The position numbers and the translations under genes are program-made. Source: an uncultured Syntrophobacterales bacterium (GTDB lineage Bacteria > Desulfobacterota > Binatia > UBA9968 > JAJDTQ01). From it: 64,000 bases of DNA. The notes beneath the pieces are model-generated. The model saw only the letters and a list, made by a program, of their open reading frames with translations. It was not told the DNA's origin and made no database searches. Within the stretch, counting starts at the first letter, position 1. Each line of letters starts with the position of its first letter. Of this stretch, positions 9,169 through 19,429 are shown piece after piece. The stretch is taken from assembly GCA_964630405.1 (NCBI GenBank), contig CAZVUC010000056.1:8499-72498 (forward strand). The letters run 5' to 3'.

Positions 9169-10166
9169 GTGACGGCTTTGCCCGGCTGGCGGGAATCGCC
9201 GGCGGGTACGTGGAGTCTCGAATCCTGCAGGCCGCCGTGGCGCTGGGGGTGTTCGACGCCCTGCGGGACGAAAAAGGCGCCGACGCGGCCATGGTGGCGG
9301 GCGCCATCGGCGCCGAGGCCCGCGCCACCGGCCTGCTGCTGGACGCCCTGGCGGTCATGGGCCTGCTGGACAGGGACGGCCGGGGCTACCGCCTGAGCGA
9401 GTTGTCGGCCACCTATCTGACGAGCGGCTCGCCCAGGGACTTCAGCGGCATGGTGCGTTTCGACGTGCTGTCGTGGGACGCCTGGGGCAAGCTGGAAGAC
9501 GCGGTGCGCACCGGACGGCCCGCGCGGAGGCCGGACATGTACCAGGGCGACGAAACCGAGACCCGGGTCTTCATCGAAGCCATGGACTCACTGGTCCGGG
9601 CGCGGGGCGACGCGGAGGTCACGGCCGGCATCCTGGACCTCGGCGACCCGCGGCGGCTGCTGGACGTAGGCCCCGGACCGGCCACGTATCCCGTGGCTCT
9701 GTGCCGCCGCTATCCGAACCTGCGCGCGACCCTTTACGACCTCCCGGGGACCCTGCGCATCACCGAGCGCTACGTCCGCGCGTCGGACGTGGCCGACCGC
9801 GTCGAATGCGTTGCCGGCGACTACCGGACGGACGCAATGCCGGGCGGCTACGACGTGGTTTTCCTGTCCAACATCATCCATGGAGAAAATGAAGCCGTCA
9901 ATGAGGCTTTGATGGGGAAGCTCTCGAAATCATTGATCTCGGGCGGGCGCCTCATCATCAAGGACCACATCCTGGAAGGAGGCCGTGCGGAAAACGACGC
10001 CGGCGCCGTCTTCAGCCTGCTGATGCTGCTGACGACCGACGGCGGGCGCTGCTATTCCCTCGGCGAGGTCCGGGGCTGGCTCGAACGTGAGGGGCTGGTG
10101 GATGTGGAGCGGGTGGGACTGCCTGCGCCGCTGACGTCGTCCTTGGTCATCGGGCGCAAGCCCTGA
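9165..10166 (+). CDS. SAM-dependent O-methyltransferase (dimerisation domain + Methyltransf_2)
   Basis: SRILQAAVALGVFDAL dimerisation helix, LLDVGPGPA, DLP and SNIIH motifs. ATGA overlap with the upstream stop. Confidence 0.88.
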   Translation: MSDGFARLAGIAGGYVESRILQAAVALGVFDALRDEKGADAAMVAGAIGAEARATGLLLDALAVMGLLDRDGRGYRLSELSATYLTSGSPRDFSGMVRFDVLSWDAWGKLEDAVRTGRPARRPDMYQGDETETRVFIEAMDSLVRARGDAEVTAGILDLGDPRRLLDVGPGPATYPVALCRRYPNLRATLYDLPGTLRITERYVRASDVADRVECVAGDYRTDAMPGGYDVVFLSNIIHGENEAVNEALMGKLSKSLISGGRLIIKDHILEGGRAENDAGAVFSLLMLLTTDGGRCYSLGEVRGWLEREGLVDVERVGLPAPLTSSLVIGRKP

Positions 10167-10194
10167 CAGGGGCCGGCTTGAAACCCGCCCCTAC
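10167..10194 (-). repeat. GTAG-type REP-like palindrome
   Basis: Minus strand GTAGGGGCGGGTTTCAAGCCGGCCCCTG: a GTAG tetranucleotide followed by an imperfect hairpin, between convergent genes. Confidence 0.6.
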
Positions 10195-10352
10195 GATTCC
10201 AGGACGGCGCCGGGAGAGATCTTGAAGGCTTTGTCCAGCAGCTTGGCGCGCGCCTGGTCGCCCCTGGCGCCCTCAAGCTTCACGCGCAGCTTGGCCAAGC
10301 TCTTCCGGCGCCTGCGGCGCCGCTTTATTTCCATCGTTCTCTGGAGAGGCAT
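10191..10352 (-). CDS. Small basic protein (53 aa, DUF6800-like), below the ORF-track cutoff
   Basis: Manual translation MPLQRTMEIKRRRRRRKSLAKLRVKLEGARGDQARAKLLDKAFKISPGAVLES; co-oriented downstream of fbaB. The family call is from recalled pattern. Confidence 0.6.
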   Translation of the reverse strand: MPLQRTMEIKRRRRRRKSLAKLRVKLEGARGDQARAKLLDKAFKISPGAVLES

Positions 10353-10442
10353 GCCGATGACGGTTAACACAGGGATGCGAGGGCCGCAACTCCCCGCCCC
10401 CGGACGGCCGGGAGTGGGACGGGGCCACGGCGCCGGCCGCCT

Positions 10443-11366
10443 TCAGACAGACTCGCCGGCATAGATGCGCATCACCTTGTCGAGCAGGGCAATGGCGTCG
10501 GGCTTGCTCCGCTGGAAGGAGTTGCGTCCGATGATCGAGCCGAACCCGCCCCCTTGGTGGATGGCGCGTATCTCCGCCAGCAAGGCTTCGTCGGTGGTGG
10601 CGGGGCCGCCCGAGAAGATCACTATGCGGCGGCCGTCGAAGGCCGACTGGACCACGTGGCGGACCCGGTCCGCGGGATCGGCGATGGGGACGCCTTCCTT
10701 CTCGAACACTTTGCGCGCCGCGTCCTGCTCGACATTCTCCAGGGGAAATTTCACCTTGATGATATGCGCTCCGAGCTGTGCGGCGATCTGCGCCGCATAG
10801 CCGCACACGTCGACGGCCGCCTCGCCGGGTTTGCTGAGTCCCGAGCCCCGAGGGTAGGACCAGATCACCACCGCCAGGCCGTTGCGCTTGGCCTCGCGGG
10901 CGATCTCACGGATCTGCTCGTACATCCCGAAACGGTGCTCCGAGCCGGGATAGACGGTGAACCCCACGGCCACGCATCCCAGGCGCAGCGCGTCCTCCAC
11001 GCTGGAGGTGACGGCCTGGGTCGGGTCCCTCTCGTCGTTCAGGAGATCGTGGTTGTTGACCTTGAGAATGAGCGGGATCTCGCCGGCGAAGTCCCGGGCG
11101 CCCGCCTCCAGAAAGCCCAGCGGCGCCGCATAGGCGTTGCAGCCGGCGTCCAGGGCCAGCTCGAAGTGATAGCGGGGGTCGTATCCCGCGGGATTGGGAG
11201 CGAAACTGCGCGCCGGGCCGTGCTCGAACCCCTGGTCCACGGGCAGGATCACGAACTTGCCGGTGCCGCCAAGGCGGCCGTGGTTGAGCATCCGGGCCAG
11301 GTTGGTCAGGGTCCCGGGATTGTCGCTGCCGTACCAGCTCAGCACCTCTCGTACTCTCTCGGTCAT
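10443..11366 (-). CDS. fbaB: Class I fructose-bisphosphate aldolase (DhnA/FbaB type)
   Basis: ILPVDQGFEHGP, AYAAPLG, VIWSYPRG, GAHIIKVK and IIGRNSFQR motifs; downstream of fbp. Confidence 0.93.
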   Translation of the reverse strand: MTERVREVLSWYGSDNPGTLTNLARMLNHGRLGGTGKFVILPVDQGFEHGPARSFAPNPAGYDPRYHFELALDAGCNAYAAPLGFLEAGARDFAGEIPLILKVNNHDLLNDERDPTQAVTSSVEDALRLGCVAVGFTVYPGSEHRFGMYEQIREIAREAKRNGLAVVIWSYPRGSGLSKPGEAAVDVCGYAAQIAAQLGAHIIKVKFPLENVEQDAARKVFEKEGVPIADPADRVRHVVQSAFDGRRIVIFSGGPATTDEALLAEIRAIHQGGGFGSIIGRNSFQRSKPDAIALLDKVMRIYAGESV

Positions 11367-11388
11367 CGCTCAGCCTCCTCGGGCGGTC

Positions 11389-12381
11389 TCATTCCTCCGC
11401 CATGAACCGTTCATAAAGGGCGACGTTGTCGACGCTGCCGACGGCGATGGGCGTGCGCTGGTGGATGGCCTCCGGCATCACCTCCAGCAGCCGCCCGCGG
11501 CCGGTGCTGGCCGCCCCTCCCGCCTGCTCCGCCACGCAGGCCAGCGGCGCGCACTCGTAGAGCAGGCGCAGCTTGCCGTTGGGGCTGCCGGGGTCGCCGG
11601 GATAGAAGTACACGCCGCCGTCCAGCAGGCAGCGGTGCAGGTCCGCCACCAAGGCGCCCGTGTACCTGAGGGAATGGGGCCTGCCGGTGGACTTGTCCTG
11701 CTCCGTCACGTAGTCCAGATACTTCCGTACCCCGGGCTCCCAGGCCTTGTGACGGCCGACGTTGGCGCTGTAGACGCTGCCCTTCTCCGGACACCGGATA
11801 TCGTGGTGGGACAGCATGAACTCTCCCACTCCCCGATCGAGGGTGAATCCATGAACGCCGGCGCCTACCGTGTAGACCAGCACCGTGCTGGTGCCGTAGA
11901 GCACGTAGCCGGCGCACACCAGCTCCGAGCCCTTCTGCAGGAACTCCTCGCCGGACAGCTCGCCGGTCCGTACGCGCCTGAATATGCCGAAGATCGTCCC
12001 CAGCGGGGCGTTGACGTCGGTATTGGACGAACCGTCCAGGGGGTCCGTGCACAGCAGATACCGCGCCTCCTCCGACGTGCTCATCACCACCGCCTCGTCC
12101 AGCTCCTCCGACGCGATGCCCGCCACCAAGCTGCAGCCCGAGAACGCGTCCATCACGATCTCGTTGCCGATGACGTCGAGCTTCTTCTGCATGTCGCCGG
12201 TGGCGTTGGCGTCGCCGGCCAGACCGAGCTTGCCGGCGAGAGCGGCCTGATCGACCTCCCGTGCGAGGATCTTCCCTGCCAACGCCATGGGCTCCAGCAG
12301 CCCGAGCAGGTCCCCTGCCCCGTCCTGGCGCCACCCCCCCTCCTCGATCAGATGTCGGTTCAGCGTCTTCCCTGCGGCCAT
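11389..12381 (-). CDS. fbp: Class 1 fructose-1,6-bisphosphatase
   Basis: QKKLDV, ASEE, DPLDGSSN, GTIFGI, RYTGALVADLHR and KLRLLYECAPLA motifs. Confidence 0.95.
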   Translation of the reverse strand: MAAGKTLNRHLIEEGGWRQDGAGDLLGLLEPMALAGKILAREVDQAALAGKLGLAGDANATGDMQKKLDVIGNEIVMDAFSGCSLVAGIASEELDEAVVMSTSEEARYLLCTDPLDGSSNTDVNAPLGTIFGIFRRVRTGELSGEEFLQKGSELVCAGYVLYGTSTVLVYTVGAGVHGFTLDRGVGEFMLSHHDIRCPEKGSVYSANVGRHKAWEPGVRKYLDYVTEQDKSTGRPHSLRYTGALVADLHRCLLDGGVYFYPGDPGSPNGKLRLLYECAPLACVAEQAGGAASTGRGRLLEVMPEAIHQRTPIAVGSVDNVALYERFMAEE

Positions 12382-12418
12382 CCTGACGACTCCTCGCTGT
12401 GGTTTCGACCCATTCCGT

Positions 12419-12448
12419 AAGTTAGGAGCATGTTCCCCGGAATGTCAA
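12419..12448 (-). promoter_or_regulatory. Sigma70 promoter for fbp-fbaB
   Basis: Minus strand TTGACA-N18-TAACTT, about 40 nt upstream of the fbp ATG. Confidence 0.55.
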
Positions 12449-12581
12449 CGCCGGGCCGGAGTTCAGGCCTGACGGGCAGGATCGGCGGGGCTTGGGAAAG
12501 CAGAGGCCGGCATGCCGGGACGCCGGCCTCGTGGAGCAGGACATGCGCTCGGCCCCGAAGGCCGCGCGGGTGACGGCGCGC

Positions 12582-13493
12582 CTATGCCTTCGCGACCCTG
12601 GCGCCGGCGGTCAGGACTCCGAACTCCCTGAGTATCCGCGCCAGGTGCTCCTTGTGGGCTTCCGTCATGATCGGCAGCGGCGGCCGGACCGGCCCTCCGG
12701 CGAGACCGACCATGTCCATGCCGGCCTTCACCACCGCGGCGTGGCCGGCGGCCTTGCACAACATCCGGTACTCCGCCAGCCGCAGGTAGAGGGCCTGCGC
12801 CTCGTGCGCGTCGCCGCGGACGGCGGCATCGTAGATTTCCACCACCGACTCCGGCCAGAACGATGCGGTGGTGGCGGTGTTGCCGATCATGCCCAGGGCC
12901 AGGCATGTCCAGATCATCGACTCGGCGCCGCCGATGAGCGCCATCCTGTCAGCCGCCAGCGCCACCGTCTCGTCCAGCTCCACGGCGTTCTGCGACGCCT
13001 GCTTGATGCCGGCGACGCCATCGATTTCCGCCAGCTCCGCGATCATGGCAGGGCGCAGGCTGTAGCCCACGCGGGGCGGCGCGTTGTAGAGAAACACCGG
13101 CACCCCTACCTCGGCGATCCGCCGGAAGTGGTCGCGGATGCTGGCATCGTTCACGTTGTTGAAGTACGGCGGCGTGGCCATTACCGCATCGGCGCCCAGC
13201 TCCTTGGCGTAACGGGTCAACTCCACGGCCGCCACCGTGGCGGAATGCGACACGCCCAGCATGACGGGTTTGCGCCCCCGGTTGGTCTCGACGGCTATGC
13301 GCATGACCTCCAGGCGTTCCTCGTCCGTCACCGCGGCGAACTCTCCCTGGGTGCCGAGCACCACCAGCACGTGCGCCGAGCTGTCGGCGGCGAACGAGAC
13401 GTTGCGCGCCATCCCTTCCCCGTCGAGGGAGAGGTCGTCCTTGAACGGCGTCGTCAGGATCGTGTGAATCCCCTTCCACTTGTCGTGGTCCAT
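12582..13493 (-). CDS. DapA/NanA-family class I aldolase/lyase
   Basis: LGTQGEF, TPPYF, LYNAPPR and Schiff-base GIKQAS motifs. GTQGE instead of GTTGE suggests a catabolic paralogue. Confidence 0.85.
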   Translation of the reverse strand: MDHDKWKGIHTILTTPFKDDLSLDGEGMARNVSFAADSSAHVLVVLGTQGEFAAVTDEERLEVMRIAVETNRGRKPVMLGVSHSATVAAVELTRYAKELGADAVMATPPYFNNVNDASIRDHFRRIAEVGVPVFLYNAPPRVGYSLRPAMIAELAEIDGVAGIKQASQNAVELDETVALAADRMALIGGAESMIWTCLALGMIGNTATTASFWPESVVEIYDAAVRGDAHEAQALYLRLAEYRMLCKAAGHAAVVKAGMDMVGLAGGPVRPPLPIMTEAHKEHLARILREFGVLTAGARVAKA

Positions 13494-13706
13494 GTTTCCT
13501 CCCACTCTTTCTCGGAGTTTGGCGCGAATACGATTGAGTGAACGCTATATTGCTTCCCGCGGGTCTGTCAATACGGCTGCTCGAACGCTCGCGTCCCCGG
13601 CGATCCTTGACAACACGGGTCCCCTTGGATACCGAGAACGGATTACCCGAGATCGGACGAGGACGTGCTTCTCCGAGTCGGTTCATCACCAAAGGGGCGG
13701 TTGGAC

Positions 13707-14501
13707 ATGCCCAGCGACAAGTACACCGTCAGAGAGGTCCGCTATCCCAGCGGCGGCATCGACGTCAACGCGCTCCTGTTCGAGCCGGTGGGGGTGGAAC
13801 GGGCGCCGGCCGTCGTGCACCACCCGTCCCACAAGAGCCCGGCGAAACACTACGAATGGTATCTCGGCAAGTTCGCGGAGTCGGGATACGTCGGGCTGGG
13901 AATCGAGCAACGCGGATACGGCTCGGGGCCCGCGGGGGAGAACGACCGCGGCGGCCCGTTGCAGCAGGGCGACGTCGCCAACGGCATCACCTTTCTGAGC
14001 GGACTGCCGTCGGTGGACGCCGGCCGCATCGCGGTGAGCGGGCATTCCAACGGCGCCGCCCTGGCCCTGATCGTGAGCGCGAAGGACGAGCGCGTGAAAA
14101 CGTGCGTGAGCCTCGCCCCCAAGACGGACTGGGTCAAGGCCTTGCGGGGGGCCAGGGAATGGAAACCGGACTTCTACGATCTGACGGTCAGGGAGATGAC
14201 CGGCGGAGTCCCGCCGGAGATCGACCCGCGGCCCTTCATGGAACGCTCTCCCATCCACTATGCCGGGGACATCAAGGTGCCGGTGCTGTTCATCGTCGGC
14301 GCCCAGGACTGGGTCAACCCATCCTATCACTGCACGGACATGGCCCGCGCCCTCGAGCGCGCAGGCAACCGGGACGTATCCGTGGAGATCATCGACGAGG
14401 TGGAGCACTTCTTCTGCCGGCGGCACTTTCTCGGCTACCGCTTCGACGCCGTCACCGGGCCCGCCCTGCGCTGGCTCGACCGTTACGCCAAGGGAGCGTG
14501 A
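13707..14501 (+). CDS. Alpha/beta hydrolase (S9/dienelactone-hydrolase-like)
   Basis: RGYG oxyanion segment, GHSNG nucleophile elbow, GAQD and EH catalytic positions. Confidence 0.85.
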   Translation: MPSDKYTVREVRYPSGGIDVNALLFEPVGVERAPAVVHHPSHKSPAKHYEWYLGKFAESGYVGLGIEQRGYGSGPAGENDRGGPLQQGDVANGITFLSGLPSVDAGRIAVSGHSNGAALALIVSAKDERVKTCVSLAPKTDWVKALRGAREWKPDFYDLTVREMTGGVPPEIDPRPFMERSPIHYAGDIKVPVLFIVGAQDWVNPSYHCTDMARALERAGNRDVSVEIIDEVEHFFCRRHFLGYRFDAVTGPALRWLDRYAKGA

Positions 14502-14553
14502 CGGACCTCCACCGGCCGGCCATCACGCATCGACGCCAGGAAGGAACGTTCAG

Positions 14554-17466
14554 ATGAACGGCTCGCGCACCGAACCGATGGCACGCGTTTCCCTGACCCT
14601 CAACGGCAGGCCGGTGACGGCGGAGGTGCCGGCGCGCAAGACGTTGCTGGACGCTGTCCGCGAAGAGCTGGGCCAGACCGGCACCCACGCCGGCTGCGAG
14701 CACGGCGTGTGCGGCTGCTGCAACGTGCTGCTCGACGGCAAGGTGGTGCGCTCATGTCTCCTGCTGGCGGTCCAGGCGGACGGGCACGACATCCGGACGG
14801 TGGAAAGCCTGGGCTCCCCCGAACGGCTGGGGCCGCTCCAGCGGGCCTTTGCCGACAAGCACGCCATGCAGTGCGGCTACTGTACCCCGGGAATGATCAT
14901 GGCCGCCGCGGACCTGCTGGCCGCCAACCCGGACCCGGATGAGGCGGAGATCCGCACCGCCCTCTCGGGCAATCTCTGCCGCTGCACCGGCTACATGGAG
15001 ATCGTCGACGCGGTGAAGGATGCCGCGGGCAGGATCGCCCGGAGCGAGAGCGCGGTGGAAGAGCCCCCTGCCGTGCCCGCCGGCGCCGCCGGCGGCCCGT
15101 ACATCGGGCGGCGCATTCCGCCGGTGGAGGACCGCCGCTTCGTGGCCGGCAAGGGCGCCTACATCAACGACTTCACGGTGCCGGACCTGCTGCACATGGC
15201 CATGGTGCGCTCGCCCCACGCCCACGCCCGCATCCTGAGCATCAACACGAGCCGCGCCGAGGCCCATCCCGGAGTCGTGGCGGTGATCCTGGGAGCGATG
15301 CTCCCCGACGTCATGGACCCCGTGCCCCAGAACCTCGATATCCCCAATGTCGTCTGGTACCCGCTGGCGCTGGACAAGGTACGCTATGCGGGCGAGTGGG
15401 TAGCCGCGGTGGTGGCCGAGAACCGCTACGTCGCCGAGGACGCTGCCGAACTGGTGGAGGTGGAGTACCAGATGCTGGGGCCGGTGGTGGATCCCGAGGA
15501 AGCCATCCGGCCGGACGCCCCGGTGCTGCACGAGAAGCACGGCAGCAACATCGCCTACGAACGGGTGCTGACCTACGGCCCGGTGGACGAGACCATCGGC
15601 AAGGCGCGGCACGTGTTCGAGGAACGCTACCGCTGGAACCGCCACTCCGGCGTGCCGCTGGAGACCTTCGGCGCGGTGGCCCGGTGGGACGCGGGCCGGC
15701 AGGAGATGAGCCTCTGGGCCTCCCACCAGACCCCCAACATCGAGGAGCAGCTCGCCAAGGTGCTGCGGCTGCCCCTGAACCAGCTCCGGGTCCACCAGCA
15801 CCTGGACGTGGGTGGGAGCCACGGCGTCAAGCGCGGGCGCAAGCACATGTTTCTCACCGCCGCCGTGTGCCGCATGCTGGGCCGCCCGGTCAAGTTCATC
15901 GAGGACCGCCTGGAGAACATGAGCTCCGGCGACGGCCACGGACCGGACCGGGTCTACTACCTGCGCGCCGCCTGCGACGGCGACGGCCGCATCCAGGCAT
16001 TGGACATCCGCTGCATCGACGACGCCGGCGCCTACGCCGGCCGCGGCGCCATGCAGCTCATCAAGCCCATTACCGCCATCGTCGGCCCCTACCGAATCCC
16101 GGCCGTGCGCTATCACGCCATTTCGGCGCTGACGTCCAAGACCAACCAGTCGCCCTACCGGGGCTTCGGCCAGGCGCCCGCGGGTTACGTGCTGGAGCGC
16201 ATGGTGGACCTCATCGCCAGGGAACTCGGGATCGACCGGGCGGAGATCCGCTCGCGGAACTTCATCCAGCCCGACGAATTCCCGTACACCATCCCCACCG
16301 GGGCCGAGTACGACAGCGGCGACTACCCCGTGTGCCTGGAAAAGGCGCTGGCGGTCTCCCGCGCCGACACCTGGGAGCAGCGGCGCCGGGAGGCCCGGAA
16401 GCGCGGCAAGTGGCTCGGCTTCGGCCTCTCCACGGTCATCGAGCCCGGCGGCGGCACGGGCATGGTGTTCGCGGTCATGGGGCCGCAGATGGTGAACATG
16501 GACACCAACATGGAAGGCATCCGCGTCCACGTGGACGTCACCGGCATGATCACCGTCACCATCGGCTTCCAGTCCTGTGGCCAGGGCCACGAGACCACCA
16601 CCACGCAGCTCGCCTGCGATTTCTTCGGGGTCGCGCCGGACCGGGTCCGCATCGCCCGCGCCGACTCAATGGAGGGAATCGTCACCCGCGCCACCTCCGG
16701 CAACCGCCTGCACCTGATGCTGCCGCTGGCGTTGTTCAGCGCCGGCCGGAAGATCAAGGACAAGATGCAGGCCATCGCGGCCAACGCCCTGGAGGTTCCG
16801 GCGGAGCGCATCGAGCTCGCCGGCGGCATGTTCACCGACCGGGAGGACCCTGGGAAGAACGTGAGCTGGGACCAGGTGTGCTTCTACGCCTACCGCCGCG
16901 ACACGCTGCTCTCCCCCGGCATGGAGCCCGGGCTCATGGCCAACGCCATCGCCAAGCACCCGAGAGGGTTCGTGCCGCCGACCCCGGACGGCCGGGTCGC
17001 CGGGGGGTTCGCCACCTACACGTTCTCGGTGCACGTGCCGGTGGTGGAGGTGGACCCCGAGACCCTCGAGATCAAGCTGGTGGACTATTACGTGGTCCAC
17101 GACTGCGGCAAGGTCATCAATCCGCTGATGGTGGAAAGCTTCTGCTACGGCGGCGTGAACCTCGGCATCGGCGGGGCGCTCTACGAGCAGTTCAAGTACG
17201 ACGAGGACGGCCAGCTCCTGAGCCAGACCTTCATGGACTACCTCCTGCCCTCCACCATGGAGGTGCCGGAGATCGTGCTGGAGGAGCACGAGACCCCGGC
17301 CCCCGGCAACCCGGTGGGCGCCAAGGCCGCGGGCGAAAGCGGCTACATGCCCGCGCCCCCCGCCATCGTGAGCGCGGTGGAAGACGCCCTCCGGCACACC
17401 AACGTGCGCATCACGGACACGCCGGTCACGCCCGACATCCTGTTCGGGCTGGTGAACGGACGCTGA
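14554..17466 (+). CDS. Xanthine-dehydrogenase-family Mo-hydroxylase, fused [2Fe-2S] small and molybdopterin large subunits
   Basis: [11 protein letters not shown] and [14 protein letters not shown] Fe-S motifs, then a Moco domain with VGGSHG, PYRGFG, GQGHET and AKAAGE. Confidence 0.92.
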   Translation: MNGSRTEPMARVSLTLNGRPVTAEVPARKTLLDAVREELGQTGTHAGCEHGVCGCCNVLLDGKVVRSCLLLAVQADGHDIRTVESLGSPERLGPLQRAFADKHAMQCGYCTPGMIMAAADLLAANPDPDEAEIRTALSGNLCRCTGYMEIVDAVKDAAGRIARSESAVEEPPAVPAGAAGGPYIGRRIPPVEDRRFVAGKGAYINDFTVPDLLHMAMVRSPHAHARILSINTSRAEAHPGVVAVILGAMLPDVMDPVPQNLDIPNVVWYPLALDKVRYAGEWVAAVVAENRYVAEDAAELVEVEYQMLGPVVDPEEAIRPDAPVLHEKHGSNIAYERVLTYGPVDETIGKARHVFEERYRWNRHSGVPLETFGAVARWDAGRQEMSLWASHQTPNIEEQLAKVLRLPLNQLRVHQHLDVGGSHGVKRGRKHMFLTAAVCRMLGRPVKFIEDRLENMSSGDGHGPDRVYYLRAACDGDGRIQALDIRCIDDAGAYAGRGAMQLIKPITAIVGPYRIPAVRYHAISALTSKTNQSPYRGFGQAPAGYVLERMVDLIARELGIDRAEIRSRNFIQPDEFPYTIPTGAEYDSGDYPVCLEKALAVSRADTWEQRRREARKRGKWLGFGLSTVIEPGGGTGMVFAVMGPQMVNMDTNMEGIRVHVDVTGMITVTIGFQSCGQGHETTTTQLACDFFGVAPDRVRIARADSMEGIVTRATSGNRLHLMLPLALFSAGRKIKDKMQAIAANALEVPAERIELAGGMFTDREDPGKNVSWDQVCFYAYRRDTLLSPGMEPGLMANAIAKHPRGFVPPTPDGRVAGGFATYTFSVHVPVVEVDPETLEIKLVDYYVVHDCGKVINPLMVESFCYGGVNLGIGGALYEQFKYDEDGQLLSQTFMDYLLPSTMEVPEIVLEEHETPAPGNPVGAKAAGESGYMPAPPAIVSAVEDALRHTNVRITDTPVTPDILFGLVNGR

Positions 17467-17482
17467 GGCGCAAGAGGCCGGG

Positions 17483-18349
17483 ATGAAACCGCCGATTTTC
17501 GACTACGTCATCGCCGAGAGCCAGGAACACGCGCTGGACGTGCTGCGCGAGCACGGCGACGAAGCCAAGGTGCTGGCCGGAGGCCAGAGCCTGGTTCCGT
17601 TGATGAGCTTCAGGCTGGCCAAGCCGGCCCTGCTGCTGGACATCAACCGGCTGGAAGGGCTTGGCTCCATAGCAGAGACCGACGGGCACATCCAAATCGG
17701 CGCGCTGACGCGGCAGTGCGAGCTGCTGACACACCCCCTGATGGCGGAGCATTGTCCGCTCGTGCGCGCGGCCGCGGAGTTCATCGGCCATCCCGCCATC
17801 CGCAACCGCGGCACCGTGGGCGGCAGCGTCGCCCACGCCGACCCCGCCGCGGAGTTGCCGGTCCTGCTTCAGGCACTCGACGCGGAGATCGAGGTGTGCT
17901 CCGCCGGGTCGCAAAGAACCATTCCCGCGGACGACTTCTTCATGGGCCCGCTGTGGACCGGCATGAACCCCGACGAGATGCTCACCGGCATCAGCTTCCG
18001 GCTGCCCTGGAAGGGCTCGGGCTGGGGCTTCCACGAGGTGGCGCGCCGCCACGGCGATTTCGCGCTGGTGGCCGCCGCGGCCCTGGTCACGCTGGACGAC
18101 GGGGGCGCGGTGGCCGGAGCCGCCGTGGCCCTGGGCGGCATCTCCGGCCGGCCGGTGCGGGTGGTCGCCGCCGAGGATGCGCTGAAGGGCAACCGGCCCA
18201 CGCCGGAAGCAATCGAAACCGCCTCGCACCTGGTCGACGGCTCGGTCACCCCCGTGGGCGACATCCACGCCAGCGAAGCATACCGCGCCCATCTTGGACG
18301 GGTGTTGACGAAGCGCGCCCTGCACGACGCCGTGGCACGGGCCAGATAA
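17483..18349 (+). CDS. Mo-hydroxylase FAD-binding medium subunit (CoxM/CutM type)
   Basis: KVLAGGQSL, IRNRGTVGGS.AHADPAAE and RRHGDFA motifs. Confidence 0.92.
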   Translation: MKPPIFDYVIAESQEHALDVLREHGDEAKVLAGGQSLVPLMSFRLAKPALLLDINRLEGLGSIAETDGHIQIGALTRQCELLTHPLMAEHCPLVRAAAEFIGHPAIRNRGTVGGSVAHADPAAELPVLLQALDAEIEVCSAGSQRTIPADDFFMGPLWTGMNPDEMLTGISFRLPWKGSGWGFHEVARRHGDFALVAAAALVTLDDGGAVAGAAVALGGISGRPVRVVAAEDALKGNRPTPEAIETASHLVDGSVTPVGDIHASEAYRAHLGRVLTKRALHDAVARAR

Positions 18350-18415
18350 ACACCACGAAACAGCCGGCCAACGACGGCAACCGTTGTTTGCGAAACCGCC
18401 TGAGACCCCCGCTTC

Positions 18416-18544
18416 CGTCATTCCCGCGAAAGGGGGAATGACGATTCGGGGGGCGTTACCTCTCTCGTATGGCGTTCGACACAGCCTGTTTCGCGGAAAT
18501 GACGGACGGGACTTTCCTGTATCCCGGATCAAGTCCGGGATGAC
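18416..18544. repeat. Cluster of REP-like palindromes (ATTCCC-N8-GGGAAT type and CCCGGATCAAGTCCGGG type)
   Basis: CGTCATTCCC-GCGAAAGG-GGGAATGACG at 18416-18443, a partial CGCGGAAATGACG near 18492, and TCCCGGATCAAGTCCGGGATGACG at 18522-18544. Confidence 0.75.
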
Positions 18545-19389
18545 GATTTGAGCAGTCCGAACGGCAGGTACCGCAGCGCGAGGCCGCCGAGGATCATCAC
18601 GCCGCCGATACAGGTGGCCAGGGACGGCACTTCCCCCACCCACAGCGCCACCAACAGCGGATTGAGCACCGGCTCCACCAGAGCGATCAGAGATGCTTCC
18701 TGCACCGATATGTGCTCGATGCTCCTGAAGAAGAAGAAGTGGGCAAACGCGAACTGGACGACCCCCAGACACGCCAGCGCCGCGAGCTGGGACACGGACA
18801 CGGAAAACGCGCCGTAGGCGAAACCGAGCAGGGCGACGGTCGAGACGAAGTTGTTGCTCAGCATCAACGCGAACGGGTCGAAGCCCCTGAGGGGGCGGAG
18901 GTTGAGGAAGTAGACCCCGAGCATGAACCCGCTGCCAAGGCCCACGGAAACACCCAGGAGGTCCCGCGCGCCCGCGGCCCCGCCGAATATGATCAGGATG
19001 CCGGTGGTGCCGAAGAGCAGCGTGACCAGGTTGGCGCGCGTGGGACGCTCGCGGAACAGCAGGAACACCAGCACGCAGACGAACACCGGGGCGGTGTTCT
19101 GCAGCACGATGGCGTTGGCGGCGGTGGTGAGTTTCGTAGCCCACACCAGCGAGCCCGTGGCCGCGGTGAAGGCCAGGCCGGAGAACAGGAGCCGCGGCCT
19201 CGGGCGCCATCGCCGGGTCCCGGCAAACGGGACGAAGAAGAGCATGGCGAACAGGCTTCGGTAAAAGGCGATGACCGCGGCGGGAAGCGCCAGCGACTTG
19301 ATGAAGACGCCGGCCAGGCTCCAGCAGAATGCGGAGAGCAGCGCGAAGAGTCTGCACCGATTGATCGAGGAGCGGGATGCGTGTTCCAT
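18529..19389 (-). CDS. EamA/DMT-family transporter
   Basis: About 10 hydrophobic segments with TTAANAIVLQNTAPVFV and LVEPVLNPLL motifs. Confidence 0.88.
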   Translation of the reverse strand: MEHASRSSINRCRLFALLSAFCWSLAGVFIKSLALPAAVIAFYRSLFAMLFFVPFAGTRRWRPRPRLLFSGLAFTAATGSLVWATKLTTAANAIVLQNTAPVFVCVLVFLLFRERPTRANLVTLLFGTTGILIIFGGAAGARDLLGVSVGLGSGFMLGVYFLNLRPLRGFDPFALMLSNNFVSTVALLGFAYGAFSVSVSQLAALACLGVVQFAFAHFFFFRSIEHISVQEASLIALVEPVLNPLLVALWVGEVPSLATCIGGVMILGGLALRYLPFGLLKSSSRT

Positions 19390-19429
19390 GGCGCGGTTCT
19401 TTGCGGACCTGGGCGGAGGACGGCGCGCT

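Noticed and set aside
12582-13493. Lysine-biosynthetic dapA
   Set aside because: GTQGE variant and no dap genes nearby; more likely a catabolic class I aldolase.
14554-17466. Aerobic CO dehydrogenase (coxSL/coxM)
   Set aside because: The active-site loop is PYRGFG, not the form I AYxCSFR, and there are no cox accessory genes.
14752-19357. Long antisense ORFs (14752-16590, 17426-19357; similarly 48526-50094, 50659-52335, 40895-42304)
   Set aside because: They shadow well-supported genes on the opposite strand or frame, have no recognisable motifs and are low-complexity Arg/Gly/Ala-rich, which is typical of GC-rich DNA with few stop codons.
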